This document shows positions 1-13,633 of a stretch of DNA of 64,000 nucleotides, in pieces (the first letter of the stretch is position 1; every line of letters starts with the position of its first letter). The stretch comes from Trichosphaerium sp. ATCC 40318 (Eukaryota; Protista; Tubulinea): positions 186,001-250,000 of the forward strand of contig JALMLS010000514.1 of assembly GCA_038496445.1 (NCBI GenBank), given 5' to 3'. Position numbers and translations under genes: made by a program. The notes beneath the pieces are model-generated. The model searched no databases. It was not told the DNA's origin and saw nothing but the letters and a program-made list of their open reading frames with translations.

Positions 1-177
1 AATACAAATTAGCTTGACGTTTTGAAATTGGTGAGACATTCTACAATAGTTGAGGGTGGGAGTTGTCAAACTGAACTCTAAGCATGGTGGAGCATCTGTA
101 GCTTGAAAAGTAAACTCTGCTTATAACAACTCCCTTACAATTTTACCTCGCAGAGTGTATAACAACTTACACAGCAC

Positions 178-1356
178 ATGAATGGTGCAAGTAAGTCAAA
201 ATGCTTCTTTTCATTGTTTTGTTTTGATTCAAAAAAGAAGTTTGACACGATGTGGGGCACATCAAACCAAACCAAGAAATCACGCAAAAAACGTACGCTA
301 CGCTTTATTTTGAGTTCAGTGGGTTGTTTCAGCTTTTGTTTGACAGCCGTTTAGATAGAAAGACCTCAAAATCTTGTTTCAACTTTCATTTACCTCCAGA
401 GCTGCTTTATCATACCTTTGGCTTTCTGGATTCGCTTAGTTTGGTAAAATCAAGCCTTGTGTGCAAACTTTGGAGCTCTACAACAGATTCTCTCGTTTAT
501 GGAGTGATTTGATTCAAAACGAGCTATTCTTGCCAGGAGAACGAGATGTTGATGATTCTCAGTTTACAGACAAGAAACAACGATTTAAGCAACTATACGC
601 TGATTTAGACTACTAGTACGTGTCTGCTATCGTTAATTGAAGTTTCGACAATAGCCAGAACAGCATCAGCGAAATGAATCATTTGGTTTTTTTGAGAAAG
701 TTATGATTTTTCTGTCATGGCACGTGTTTGTGCATAAAAACAATTGGTTTAGGTAAACTGATTCTCATAGCCTTTTTAACTCAGAGTACACTATCGATAA
801 TAAATGGCCAAAGTTGATAACAAGTACACTCGCTCCAACAAAGTTACTATTGGGTACCTAATTGAACCTTTTCGTTTTACATTTAGTGATTTGTTTTTTG
901 ATTTGTTGGCTTTTTTAAAGGTGAATTCCCAGTATACGAGGGTAAATGGCTGTTTGAATATACCATAAAATCATGTGATTGGGGAGTGGGTATAGGTTTT
1001 GCTTCAAGAGTCATTTGTCTAAATGGTGATCTTTCATTTAATCCAGGTAAAGCTTGTTGAAAACAAACTTGTCGCATACTTATACTGTGTCAGACTTTGC
1101 TGGTCTGCACCTAGCTGGTGATAATATAACCGTTCTTTGCGGAGGCAAGTATGGTAAATCAATAACGATTCCATCAGCAACAATTGGAGTTGTTCTAGAT
1201 ACAGAGAAAGAAACACTTACTGCTATCTTTGATGGTGTCGTCTACAATGAACTTACATGTAGTGTTTCAGACATTGCTAGTTGTTTCTTTCCCTTAATTT
1301 GGTTACATAGCAAAGGTGATTCTGTTCTAGTTAAAGTACCAAGGCGTATTTCGTAA
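178..1356 (+). CDS. F-box + SPRY/B30.2-like protein (multi-exon; apparent frameshift near 490)
   Basis: F-box motif LPPELLYHTFGFLDSLSLVKSSLVCKLW. C-terminal SPRY-like segments GKWLFEYTIKSCDWGVGIGF, TIGVVLDTEKETL and FFPLIWLHSKGDSV. GT-AG introns. The F-box continuation (RLWSDLIQNE) is in a shifted frame. Confidence 0.65.
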
Positions 1357-1562
1357 ATAAAACTGATAAGATTAAAGTTTGAATAGTTTTGCTTCTCAAT
1401 CTTAGCTCATATCTTCGCCACTGTTAATCGTAGCAAGGTTATAATTATGCATGCATTTTGTTTGCGTTCATTTTGAATGAGTATGTGCTATGGCGGCAGG
1501 GTTTTTCTTAAAGGACAAATGTTATCTAGCTAATTTTCTTTATTGTTTTGTTTTTCCCACGA

Positions 1563-4500
1563 CTAATTATTGGCACTTGCTTTTTCATCAAGACGTGCTT
1601 TGAGTTGTATGTTCTCATCTTTTAAATCCTGTATCTCCTGTTGCAATGCAACTAAACTTGTGTCGATGCCATCAAGACCAAGGTTTTTGTCAGGTTGAGC
1701 ACTAAAAAAACCACGAAGTCAATCAATTGCGTTTTGAATTGGTAACATACAGTTTCTCTTTGATTGGTTTGTCATTTCCTGAGAATATCACATACAGTTT
1801 AGGTACAAACATGACAGCAAGAATAGCTATAATTAGAGTCAACTATACGTTTTAGAGGTGAAGAGGGTACCTGTTGCACCGAACCAAATAGCTGATGAGA
1901 AGATTATACTAATTGTTTTTAGTTGACCTGCTGAATGCGAATCTACTGTGTATCCAAATACTACAAGAAGGAATGCCCATAGAACAGTACTGTATATTGT
2001 CGAGGATAGCCAACGAGTCTCTTTGAATATTCTTGGTGCTTTACGAACAGCAAAACCGAGATAAGCGCCATAAATAAGAATAGTGCCCTATTGCTTACTA
2101 ATTAAGAAAAAATAAGAAAAAACCCGGTTGTCTACGTACGTCATAAATAATTGTTAATATCAAGAATACGCTTGCAAAATTGCTAGCACATTCATGTATT
2201 ATATAGTTGGTATTTACATGATCAACTGTTTTACTGATGCGGTTTGGGGATGTCGAAGACCAAACGATTAACAATATCTATTGTTGAAATTAGGTATTAA
2301 AGTATGGACGAAATGTGTTACCAGTTGTCCTCCGATGAGTCCTGCTGTAATTTGAATAACTACTTTAAGAGGTATTGAAACAACTTTAGTTAAATTCTTT
2401 TGAAGAGAACCAAATATACAATGTATTCGATACGTCTTTGCTATCACAGGCCTAAAGTAGTGAAGTTATTTTTAAGACTGTAATTTCTTTCCGCAAACCA
2501 AATTCTGACTTACGCTATTGTTGTGATCAATCCCATAAGCGGCATCCATACTCTTAATTCGCACTTGTAATTAGATACTGGAATTATCCTTAAAAGAATC
2601 ACGTGAGTCTACACGTGTGAATTGAAACAAAAAAAGTGAAAACAACTATTGGACGAACCAGAAAAATGAACCGATATATGTCATTGCAATACCAGCGAGT
2701 ATCACAACAAGCAACTCTTTTGTAGACGCCTCAAGTATAGGCGATGTATTCCTAAGTATTGTTAGTTACTTTGTACCAACTGCAGTCAACGTACCAGTTC
2801 AGCAATATCACAACCAATACTGCAACAGTTGCACATATTCCAATAGCTGATGCTATTATCAACACTATTGTAGAGCCATCACTCCAGCTACTCCAAGATT
2901 TGAACTGCTTCAACGGCTTAAGTAGAGTAACAAACAATGAAGTCTCTGTATGTGAAACCTCTGAGCGTAGAGTATCCCCTTTATCGTTCAATACAACAAT
3001 GTTTCCATTAAACTCAAGATATGAGTGTTGGCATGAAATCACTTTGACTTGAGAATCGTATTTTGGATTGCCAGGTACTTGTATTCTCATTGTTCCATCT
3101 ATAATCGATTAGATAAGCACAAAGGGTGTTGGTTTTGATACTTTTCACGTACTGATTACAATTTTTGTTGAATTTCCAGCACACCACAAGGTTGTGTCTT
3201 CAAGATACATTACAATTGTTGATGTTTCATCCACAAATAATAACACACTTGCGAAGGTTGTGAAACCCTTTGTTTAAACAGTTAGAAAACAATTGATACA
3301 TACAAGTAACTACTAACCTGTACAACGAGAGTTGAGTTGTTTACCATCTTCAGAGAACTGTTTTTGCCTTGTATCTGTACCAACGGTTTTATCTCAAGTG
3401 ACGCTTGATCTTTGGTGATAATATGAGTGTATGGAATATTCATAGAAGCTGTTAGAGCTGACTGGGATATTGTCATGTTGCCTAATATCAAATCATCAAC
3501 AAACAAAAACCAAGAGCACTTTTTGATGTTGAAAATAACGAAAATTGTACCCTTGTTTTCGATTGTCACGTGGTCTATTCTTACTCCTGCGAGAATTTCA
3601 GAAATTGTGTCAACTCCCAAATACATCTGAAACTGGTCTTTCAGGCCGGATATTGAGCCCTTGAGACAACTTAATAACTGGCAATGATAGCTACGCGTAC
3701 ATTTAAAACTCCCGCTTTGGTCAATAGGTGTTCTTCAATGGACAAGACACCGCTAGATTCAAAATCTAATACACCTCCATCAACTGTAAGATCGCTAACT
3801 GATTCTACAGATTCAACATGCCAATTGTCTGATACGTCAAGTATTCCAAAGGTATTACCTAAAAGTACACGGTTAAAAAAAACTTTCTAAAAATCTTGGC
3901 GTACCACGTGTATTGGTTGGCATCACTTTACCAATATCGAAGAGTCTAGAACCATGAAATATATTATCAAAGACGTTGATGGTACTATTGTTTTTTGTAA
4001 TAGTGATACCTATAGTTCGTCATTATCAAAAACGGCAGAACGATAAAGAAAAAGAAAAGCGTACATGTATCTTTGTTACTTTCAAACGTATTAGCAGTTA
4101 TATTGAATACACCTGGTACACCGTTCTCAGGGCTTATAAGAATAGCGCCTCCAGCCAATATTGCTTTGTTGTTTTCGAAAGAGGATGAGTCCACCACGTG
4201 CTCCAAAGGGTTATAAATTGACATTGCTCCTCCGAATCTTATAGCTTCATTGTTTGTAAACAAACAGTCTTCAATGTACTCTTTGCTCTCAGATGACATC
4301 AAACCACCTCCTTCTAACGCAACGTTGTTCATAAATTTGACTGATTGTATATTTGCAGTAGATAGTTCAATTTGAATAGCGCCTCCTCGTTCATCAGCAA
4401 TGTTGTTTTCGAATGTACAGTTTGTCATCCAAAGAGCTCCCTCTTCAAAATCTATTGCTCCGCCAGACATGGCCTTGTTGTTTTTAAATACGACTGAATC

Positions 4501-6192
4501 AATCACAGTTCTATTATTCTCATAAATGTTGATACCTCCACCATAAAAAAGAGCCGTGTTTGATTCAAAATATGAGTCTGCGAACGAAATAGACTTCACG
4601 TGAAACAAGTAACATCCTCCGCCGTAATTATTAGAAAAAAGGCTTGAATGCACTACCAAGGTTACACAATCGTATATGTGAATACCTCCACCTCCAATGC
4701 CATCAGTAGCATTATTGTCAATGAACATACAATCAGAAACAGTTACTTGATCTGAGAGTTCAATTCGTATTGCACTTCCTCCTTCATTACCCTCTACTAG
4801 AGTATCTTTAATGAATACATCGCTGCTGTGCTCAATAATTACAGCTCCGTAACTGGTTTTTCCAATATTATTTCTTCGAAAAGCAATCAGCTCGTCAAGA
4901 AAAAAAACGGGATCTTACCGAAAGATACAGTTATCAATAATGACTGTCGTTGTTAGCAATATCATCCCACCTGCGAAACGTCCTCTACAAGACTCAAAGG
5001 TTGTGTTTCTAATGACCGCAGTCAAATTAAATAGCTCCGATTCAATAGCATATATTTGGCCTAGAAAGTTGTTTTTAGAAATAACTGATTTGCCCACGTG
5101 ATTATCAATCATTAAACTGAAATAATGAAGTACCTGAATAGCTAGTTCCGTTTATGAACTGAGAATGTGAAACTTCAAGAGAGGTATCATCCAGAAAAAT
5201 AGATCCAGAGTTCCGTTCAAAAAACGTCCTTTATAAAAAAAGTTGTTAATCGTTGTAGATACTCAAAATTAACTCACTGTGATATTACCAATGAAGATCC
5301 TTTTATGTACAAGATGTCTTTCTCAAAGCAAGTGCAATCTGTAATCATACAAGATCTACAACTTCAGGTCAAATTTATTGTTTCTTCCAAAATAACGCAA
5401 ATGGTTACCTTATCTCTATTGCCCATCCCTCTGAGCTAGCGATAACAGCCGTATGTGTGTTGTTTTGAGACTAAATAGAGGTTAACAAACGGAGAAACTA
5501 AACAAATACTTCGAAAGTCCAATTGAAAAAAGCTGTTCATACCAAAGCAGAAATACACTTCATACGCGTTATATGGACGCCCGAGATCTTCAAAATAGCG
5601 CCCTCACTGGCTCCATGAACAGTCAGAAAGAAGCTATGGTACTCGCCATCAATAACAGTATCACCGCTACCTACGAAACAAATAAATAGCCACCGAATAC
5701 AGAGTTCACACTTTCAATCATTTTGTCTTTCGTAACAAAAAAACAATTGATTCTTTCCTCTTTTAGTTTTTTTAAAACCTCAGCATAGCTACTAAATATA
5801 AGCCTGTACCTTCAATGGAAATATTCATAGCTCGTTGTAGAATTATGCCGACATTATTAGGCCCTTTTTGGGAATAATTAGCAATGTTTTATTAACTTCT
5901 GTACTCATCGATATTAGTCCGTACCGTTAAATACTCCGTTTGAAAGTTGTATAACATCATTCGTTGTAGCGATATCTAGCAACGCATAACGAAGTGATTT
6001 GCATGGATTTACTGTACAATCACCAGAATCTGTACCTAAACAGCTGTGTTATGCTAAGGTTTCACTATTAGAAAATACATTTTTCGAAAAAAAAATACCA
6101 CTGAAGCCTCACATACCGCTGTTACTGACATGAAGCACAGCACATTGATGAATACATATCATGGATAGTAGAATAGTCAATTGGAAGTACAT
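1563..6192 (-). CDS. Class C (GABA-B/7tm_3-like) GPCR with right-handed beta-helix (PbH1/Pmp-type) ectodomain
   Basis: Signal peptide MYFQLTILLSMICIHQC. GTDSGDCTVNPCKSLRYAL cap. Many GGAI/FxxN repeats (3985-4728). 7TM motifs IAKTYRIHIVF, APRIFKETRWLSSTIY and MFVPKLYVIF. Short C-terminal coiled coil. Confidence 0.85.
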
Positions 6193-6652
6193 TATCGTTG
6201 AGATGACGATAAAAACGACAAAGCACGCAAGAATTTTCTTGTCACGTGATTTTGCTTATGGATGATGTTGTGATAAAATAAAAAACGACCAACTTAGTTC
6301 GATGGTTAAGCCACCTTAAACTTTTTTGTTGTTAGGCTGTCGCCAACGCTTTCTTTACTTGTGGTTACGGACACATGAGTATCGTCAATTCAACTCATTT
6401 GTATTGACGTTGGGAAATGACTTCTGAGGCTAAGATATGAACCTTCAAAATGAGGAAATTCAGCAACTTCATCTTGAATTATCATGAGAACCAGGCAATT
6501 TTGAGCGCTTTACTGAAGATGTTGTAAGTTAAATTTTATTTACTTCTTTTTGTATGAATTACGTTCACGTGTATCCAATCATTTATCTGTGCCTATTGTA
6601 GCATAAAGTTCTATCCAATGGCAATCTTTTGCTCCAGTAGAAATTGTATCCA

Positions 6653-7708
6653 TTAAGATAAAATGATTTTAGCGCCAAAAAGTGCTTTGACACCAATATC
6701 TGTAATGTCATTACAATTTCTAATATCAATGTATTGAACACCAGAAAGTGCTTTAATACCTTCATCTGTAACTGAAGTACGAGAAAGGTCAATAGTATGA
6801 ACACCTTTGAGTACTTTAACACCTTCATCTGTAATATTTGTATTGGCTAAGTTAATCGTATGAACACCAGCTAAAGGCTTGATGCCTTCGTCTGTAATGA
6901 GTGTATGTGATACGTTAATTGTGTGCACGCCTGCTAAAGCTTTGGCGCCTTCGCTAGTAACATTTGTAAATGACAAATCAATATCATGTACACCTGCCAA
7001 AGCTCGGATACCTTCATCAGTAACCGCTACATTACCAAGTAATTTAATTGTATGTACACCAGCCAAAGCCTCGATACCGTTATCTGTTACTGCAGTAAAC
7101 GATAAATCGATAGTATGCACTCCAGCAAGTAACTTGATAGCTTTATCAGTTATTGAATTGCACTCTCTTAAGCTGATTTTATGTACACCAGCACCAGCAA
7201 GTGGTTCTAAACACTCATCACGTAATGCTAGACAATAAGCGAAGCTTATGTCATGTACACCAACCAATGCTGAAACACATTCACGTGTGATACATTCTAA
7301 CCCATCTAATTTAATTGTATGTACTCCAGATAATGCCTTTACACCTGCCGTTGTTATATGCTCACAAAATGAAATATCTACAGACAGTGCACCTTCAATC
7401 ATGAACAAGTGGTCATCAGTAACATCATCGCTGACAAGGGAAATACACGTGTTTTTAAGCAAAGGGCTTCCCGAAAGCATTGATAACTCGTTTTCACTCT
7501 TGACTTCAATACAACCGTATCCAACATGGTTATGAACAATATCTCGCATCAAATGGCACGTTTGAGCTGTTTGAAGGGTAAAAGTACCACATTTTAGAAT
7601 AAGAGTTATTATTTCAACTGGCAGGGCCGAGAGACAAAAAGTAGAATCCTCTGTGTTTGTTTCTTTTTTCTGTTCGTTAGCCTTTATCATGTCCTTCTCT
7701 TCTTGCAT
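6653..7708 (-). CDS. Intronless F-box + leucine-rich repeat protein
   Basis: LSALPVEIITLIL F-box-like motif followed by about ten 22-25 aa repeats of type LAGVHTIDLSxTxVTDEGIKA. First ATG is at 7708. Confidence 0.8.
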   Translation of the reverse strand: MQEEKDMIKANEQKKETNTEDSTFCLSALPVEIITLILKCGTFTLQTAQTCHLMRDIVHNHVGYGCIEVKSENELSMLSGSPLLKNTCISLVSDDVTDDHLFMIEGALSVDISFCEHITTAGVKALSGVHTIKLDGLECITRECVSALVGVHDISFAYCLALRDECLEPLAGAGVHKISLRECNSITDKAIKLLAGVHTIDLSFTAVTDNGIEALAGVHTIKLLGNVAVTDEGIRALAGVHDIDLSFTNVTSEGAKALAGVHTINVSHTLITDEGIKPLAGVHTINLANTNITDEGVKVLKGVHTIDLSRTSVTDEGIKALSGVQYIDIRNCNDITDIGVKALFGAKIILS

Positions 7709-7920
7709 TATCGATTGCACGTATTGAAGAACAAAGGGAGCTCTCACGGTTAATTGTTAAGAGTGTAGAAACGCGCTCAGTGAATAGTCAAAGACCTTCA
7801 CCTAAAAGACTTTTACAATAGCGAAACGTGGTTCTCTAAAAAATTTATGGACTACAAATACAAGAATTACAAACAAAGCAGCACGTGCTGTGACTTTGTT
7901 TTGGGTTTTGTTTTAGAGTT

Positions 7921-10900
7921 TCAGTCGACTGCTGCATTTTTTCCTACTCTTTGCTCTTTTGCTTGTTGGGTAGAAGAAGCTGTGTCTTTGTTGTCTACAA
8001 CAAAAGAAGTTAATAAAAAACCTTCAAAAACGTGATTGTTGCAAGCAGTTTTCGCTGACAGTGTTAAATCTACAGTTAAGAAAACTTGTTTTCTATGTTC
8101 TCAAGGAGTTGGGTGACAACATTCATTCATAAAACTCATATTGAACAGGTACGTTGTACGTGTTGGTATTATACAATAAAAAAAAAATCAAAGATTGAAA
8201 ATCGTTGATTAGTACCTTTAGCAAACTAAGCCATACGGTTTTTTCATTACTTGAAAGAGCTGTAAGTCTTACTACCTTATCTCTATCTTCAAATTCAAAC
8301 TCGAGACCAGAATCGCAATCAACAGGACTTATAAATCTTACCCTAAAAATAAAAAAATTAGCAACAAGCAACAAAATATTTTGTAAGACACTTCACAAAG
8401 AGATACACGTTTTTTGTTTGAAAAGCGTGTTTACAAGCTACCCTTTTGACCAAAGGAAGGAAACAAAATTTAGTGGCTTAACGTACTTGTCAAGTGTCGA
8501 TACAAACTTCACTGCAAACGTTTCTTCGTTAACTTTTTTACCTTGTTTTATCTTTGCGATGAGCATGAAGTAATTAAAGAGAAATAGCAATACACGAGTT
8601 CCGCCGAACTCAAAACTTCCTTCTTTAATATATATTGCTTTTTGAGCCATGAGAAGCTTCATAAAACGTTAGAAAATGAGTCAACAGAGGGCATTGTAGA
8701 GGTTTGGGTTTTGTGGAGTTTTTTTTCATTTGTTTCGTAAAAGCTTACCTCTTGAGCAGTTTTGTGGTTTCCACCAACTATATTACGCCATATCTTGATC
8801 TTACGAAGTGAGTTCTCTGATTTTTTAGTTAGATCATTAGCCATATCAGCCAGTTTTTGTGATTCTCTCATTGCAACTTCAACACGGCCAATAACATCTT
8901 CTCCCTTTAGTGTTGCGTGTTCCTCATCCTTGTCCAAGCATTTAATTATTTCTTTGAATAGCAGAGGGTACTTACAAATCCTTTGAACAGGCTATAAACG
9001 AAGGAGTTAGTTCTAAACCCCAACAGCAAAATACAGTAAAAAATAAGCTAATTCTCAACGTTAAAAGTTGTCCTCAAGACTTTCACTATGGACAACCAAA
9101 CAACTTGGCTTTTGTATTGCATATTTGCACGTGCTATTATTTGATAGATTTGTTCGAAAGTCACGTGTAGTTATTCATTGAAGATGAAGAAAGATACTTA
9201 CCTTTATAATAAAATCTGTTATCGTAAGACCATTGCAAGCAGGATCAGTCTCACAGACCCTTAATGTTTCAACAAATCCTCGGTTGGTATTCAATAGCTC
9301 TTGAAGCTTTGAAAGAGCCTTAGGATATCCGGCACAATACTTTGCGTATGCCTCGAAGAACGGACCCTAAGAAAACTATCAAAACCAAAAAGAACAAAAG
9401 TTGAAAGAAACCATGGCGTACATTCTGAATAAAAATGTTTGCTAGTGTGTTAGCACTCTCAAGCGATGTCAGATGTTTATCTTTTTCTGATCCCCAATCC
9501 TCAAGTAACTTCTTTGCGACCTTATTTACTCTTTGAACATTACCAAATAGTATTGTCATTGTTATATCAGATAAATCTCCTTTATACTTTATAGGCATAT
9601 GAAAAACTGTATCAAGAAGGTCAAGGCTATCTCTGTATACACCTTCCTAGTGAAAAGTTAAAAAGAAATCTAATAAATAAAATACAAAGAAGCTGTGAAG
9701 GTGAAACTAAAATTCTCCGCTTTTTCAGGAAAAGAAAAAAATGGCGTTCAGAGACATGTTTCTAACTCAATGGGGCTCCAGTGTAAACAACAATTCATAT
9801 AAAATGTGTTGAATACAACAAGAACTAGCGAATATATTGAAGTATTTCTTTTTGCTTACCGTCTCTATAAATTCGTTAATGGCTCGTTGTAAAGGTGATA
9901 ATTTTGCTGCTGAGGTTATAGGATTTTGTAGTGTTCTTTTAACTTTCTTAGATGCTGTAACCCATCCACGCTCAGAGTCCTCTTCAGAATCGTCTAGACG
10001 CTCACCAAGTACAACACGTCTTAATCTTGGAAGCGTTTGTACTTTATTAACAACCTAAAAATAAGATCAGGAAAAAATCACGTGATGTGGTAAAGTGAAA
10101 CACGTGTTACTTATTTATTTCTTTTCATATTAAAATAATCGTACCAATGCGCTTCTTGCGATGGACTTTGTGTCATTTATGAGTTGATCATAGGTATCAG
10201 CTTGTCGCTTGCTCCATGAAAGAGAGAAAAGTGATAACATGCTAACAAAAATTTCTTCAAGTGGGTTCTTACAAGCAAGCATGAATAGGTAGACTTGTGC
10301 GCTTTGTGACGATTTTTGAGTGCGTGAGCTATTTGTACTCGTCTCTGAACCGTTTGATCCAACGTCAACATAGAAGTTACTACGAAGCGATGCTTTATGC
10401 CATTGATCGTAGAGTATTACTTCTGAAAAAATTGCTTTGACTAATGCTTGTGCGATAACGACTACAGCTGTTACTAATACAACAATGGTAATTATACAGC
10501 GTACGTATTGATACTGTATCGTTCGTTCCAGCTGGTGTACTTTCCATAAGGCGTGGTAAGATAAGAGATAAATACTTTTGAGCGTCGTCCTGGTAGTTTC
10601 TGAAATAAAATACGTCAGCAAACGCGTCTATGAAAGCGGGCAGTACAATTCTTAAACAAACTAGCGTTTTTTACGCAAGTGCTAAAATACCTCGTATGAG
10701 GTAATAGCAGTTACATGCTGGTAAGCAAAAAGAAAAGTCGACAATTTTATGAACAAAATTCAATATGGCCTTCTTTTGACCCACAAAACTTTCGTTAAAG
10801 TACGCACTCGAAGTAATAACTGAGGAAATAAACAGCTAATATAGATACCCTCGTCTCAATATGTGCCGGGCGAATTTCAACCGGCGATGGACAGATGCTT

Positions 10901-13282
10901 GACAAACCGCTGTTGCATGCTGATAAACATGTCTTATAAAATTGTGTATGCTTTTTAGAAGCTGTACTAATGAAATCAGACCGCAAACTAGAAAATTTCC
11001 CTGCACGATGCATCTGAAGATTTAATACAAGCGCTTCCATCTCTTTAGTAACTTCTGATTTTGTAGTAGCCTAGACAAAGTGAGAAACGAAAAAAGAAAA
11101 AAAACTGCGAATGTGAGTGCGCACTTCTTCGTAAACATCAAAGATATCAGGACTTGTGGCTTCAAGACTCTCAATGCCACTAGAGTACCAAGTGTATGGT
11201 AGAGCAGCCGTATATATACGTCGGTAGCATGCATTAAGGAGTTGTACTGCAGTGTAAAAATCGGTAATATTTGCGGAACGTATGCCCATAGTAACAGATC
11301 CCATGATAGCGTCATCTGTTACCAATCTATACGTCATACTTTGTGAACACAAATCACGTGATAAAATAAAAACCGTTACCTCGCTATTAAAACGCCCGAG
11401 CTTGATGTATTACAACCAGGTTCTTTACCAACCATCTCTACATTAATAAGTTAGAACGTAGTTTGACACGAGGGTTTTGTTTTGAACTTACGAATAAATA
11501 GTTTATCAGAACTTATAGTCAGCCTCTTTTTCCTTATTCTGTCTGCTGATGACTGTCGCAGTAATGATTTCTTAGATCTTGACTTCCTTTTCTTACTTCC
11601 TGAATCATTCATTGTGATAAGCTTTATAAGGACCTTGACACAAATACGCCATCTGGAAGAAGACTTTCAATGAAAAAATCTTGCTTATGATAAGAAAGGA
11701 AGTACCTTGATCCAATTTCTGTAACATATTTTAATACCTTACAACATCATCAGTATACCGCACTGCCTGAATATAAAGATTTACGTACTTCGAACAAAGA
11801 TGCCAATAATCTTGGATATCCTCTAGTGAGCGTTGTATCTAATGCGTGTTAATACAATGGTTTGGTTTTAAAGAGTTGGAAACGACATGAAATATTTTAG
11901 TCAGGGTGCCTTTTATAAGCCTATCGATAACGTCTAAAACGTCATCAATGAATCTTAGCTTCTTTGTAAGTTTATTTTCAGGTCCTGGAGATCCGATAGC
12001 GCCCATTACCATAATGGGCGCAGCAAAAGCAGCAATACCAGCGACTCCTTGATCACTCATAGTCTTAACAGAAGACGTTAAAAGTGAGTAAAGCTGAAAC
12101 GTTAGGATGTACAATTACAAACTTACTTTTTCAGCCAATAGTCTCCCAAGAACTGCTAAAATACCTTGACTTACTACAGAGCCAAGAAAGCTTTTGTCCT
12201 TACATTGGACAATTAGTAATTTGGTTTTTAATTTAAATTATATTACGAGTGAGAAAAGGGCATTAAACTCGTTTGTTTTACCTTTGCGTGAAGCACTATA
12301 TCATCGAGTAACTTTTTAAGACGTGTATCGTTAGAATACCGCGTTTCGTAGGGCGTAAGGCGTATAAATATATCATGAACTACTTCTTTTGTTCCTTTAG
12401 TAGGAGCCTTTAATTGATACCTTTTCGTTTTTAGCATCATCTTTTCATATTACTAGGTTCTTATCACGTGACTCCTTTTTTTTTTTTTTTTTTTTTTTTT
12501 GAAGAGCCAAAACCCATTAATTGTTACCTTACCTGCGAAAAGCTAGTTCACGAACGCGGTTTTCAGCCATTTCCTAAATTAAATTAAACTTTATGGACGG
12601 GAGATCGGAGGCCAAAAATGCAAATTATTTTTTCCTCCATTTCTTTGTTAAAAGTCATTTGGAGTGAACGAGCTTACTACGAAACTTCGTAATTTATACG
12701 TATACGTCAATGCTAAATTGAAAAAAAAAAAAAAGAGTTACCTGATGCCCTACTGGTGAGTTACTGGATGGTTGTTGAATAACCCATGATCCTGAATATG
12801 GTACAGCAAGTCTTTGTGTTAAAGACAGCATTACAATTTTTGATGTTTTTTTCGTCTCATTTACAGGACATCCCCATAAAGGTACCCAAATCTGCTTTCC
12901 ATTACCAAATTCAACTAAGAGACGATATTTAAAAAAAGGAAGAAGACAAAAAAGAAAAATAGAAAAAAATTTTGAAAGAAAGTGAAAAAAAATCACGTGC
13001 CTTGTATTTCAACTATACTCTCTTGCGAATGCCTTAAAAATTATTCATGTTAGAGTAAATGTGGCAAGTTTCCTTTTTTTTGGTTGTGCGAGCCTGTTTT
13101 TGGCGTTTTGATTTCGTAAATTAAGAAAAAAATAGCAAAGAATACTTCTACAGCACGCTCTATACTTACCTAGTACCAATCCAAATATGACTGCTGGTGT
13201 CTTCTTCAAAGTCTTCACGTTGTCTCGGTTTGCCACCTATCCACTTGGAGGAGCCATTGACGAACGGAGGTAGCGAAGCCAT
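7921..13282 (-). CDS. Rho guanine nucleotide exchange factor (DH-PH) with long N-terminal region, multi-exon
   Basis: DH motifs AINEFIETEGVYRDSL, LFGNVQRV, FEAYAKYC and DFIIKPVQRICKYPLLFKEI. PH region ending EKTVWLSLLKVLI. Joining of the N-terminal exons (to 13282) is less certain. Confidence 0.75.
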
Positions 13283-13633
13283 TCAGTTGTGGCTTGAAAA
13301 CATTAAAAAGACTATGTTTTGACTTGCGACTGTCTGTAAGAAATTCACCTTCTCTTATTTAGAATTAAATCCAAGTTTGTACTTGTGATGATGCAATAAA
13401 CACGCAATACACCCACGTGAAATCAACTATCTCTCAAATACTTCACGCACAAGTGTATTTCACAGTAAAATCATAACAACGCAATTATACTCAGCATTAG
13501 ACGCTTCCGGACTAGTACATACGCGCTAAAAAGTTAGACGGATAGTAAGAGAAACGTGGGAGAGAGTAGGAGGAGTTTTTGGTATTTTAAGCAAGGTTTT
13601 ATTATTAAGAACTGGTTCTTTGTATCCACCAAT

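Noticed and set aside
6879-7535. Plus-strand repeat ORFs (IVCTPAKA...)
   Set aside because: Antisense shadows of the LRR gene.
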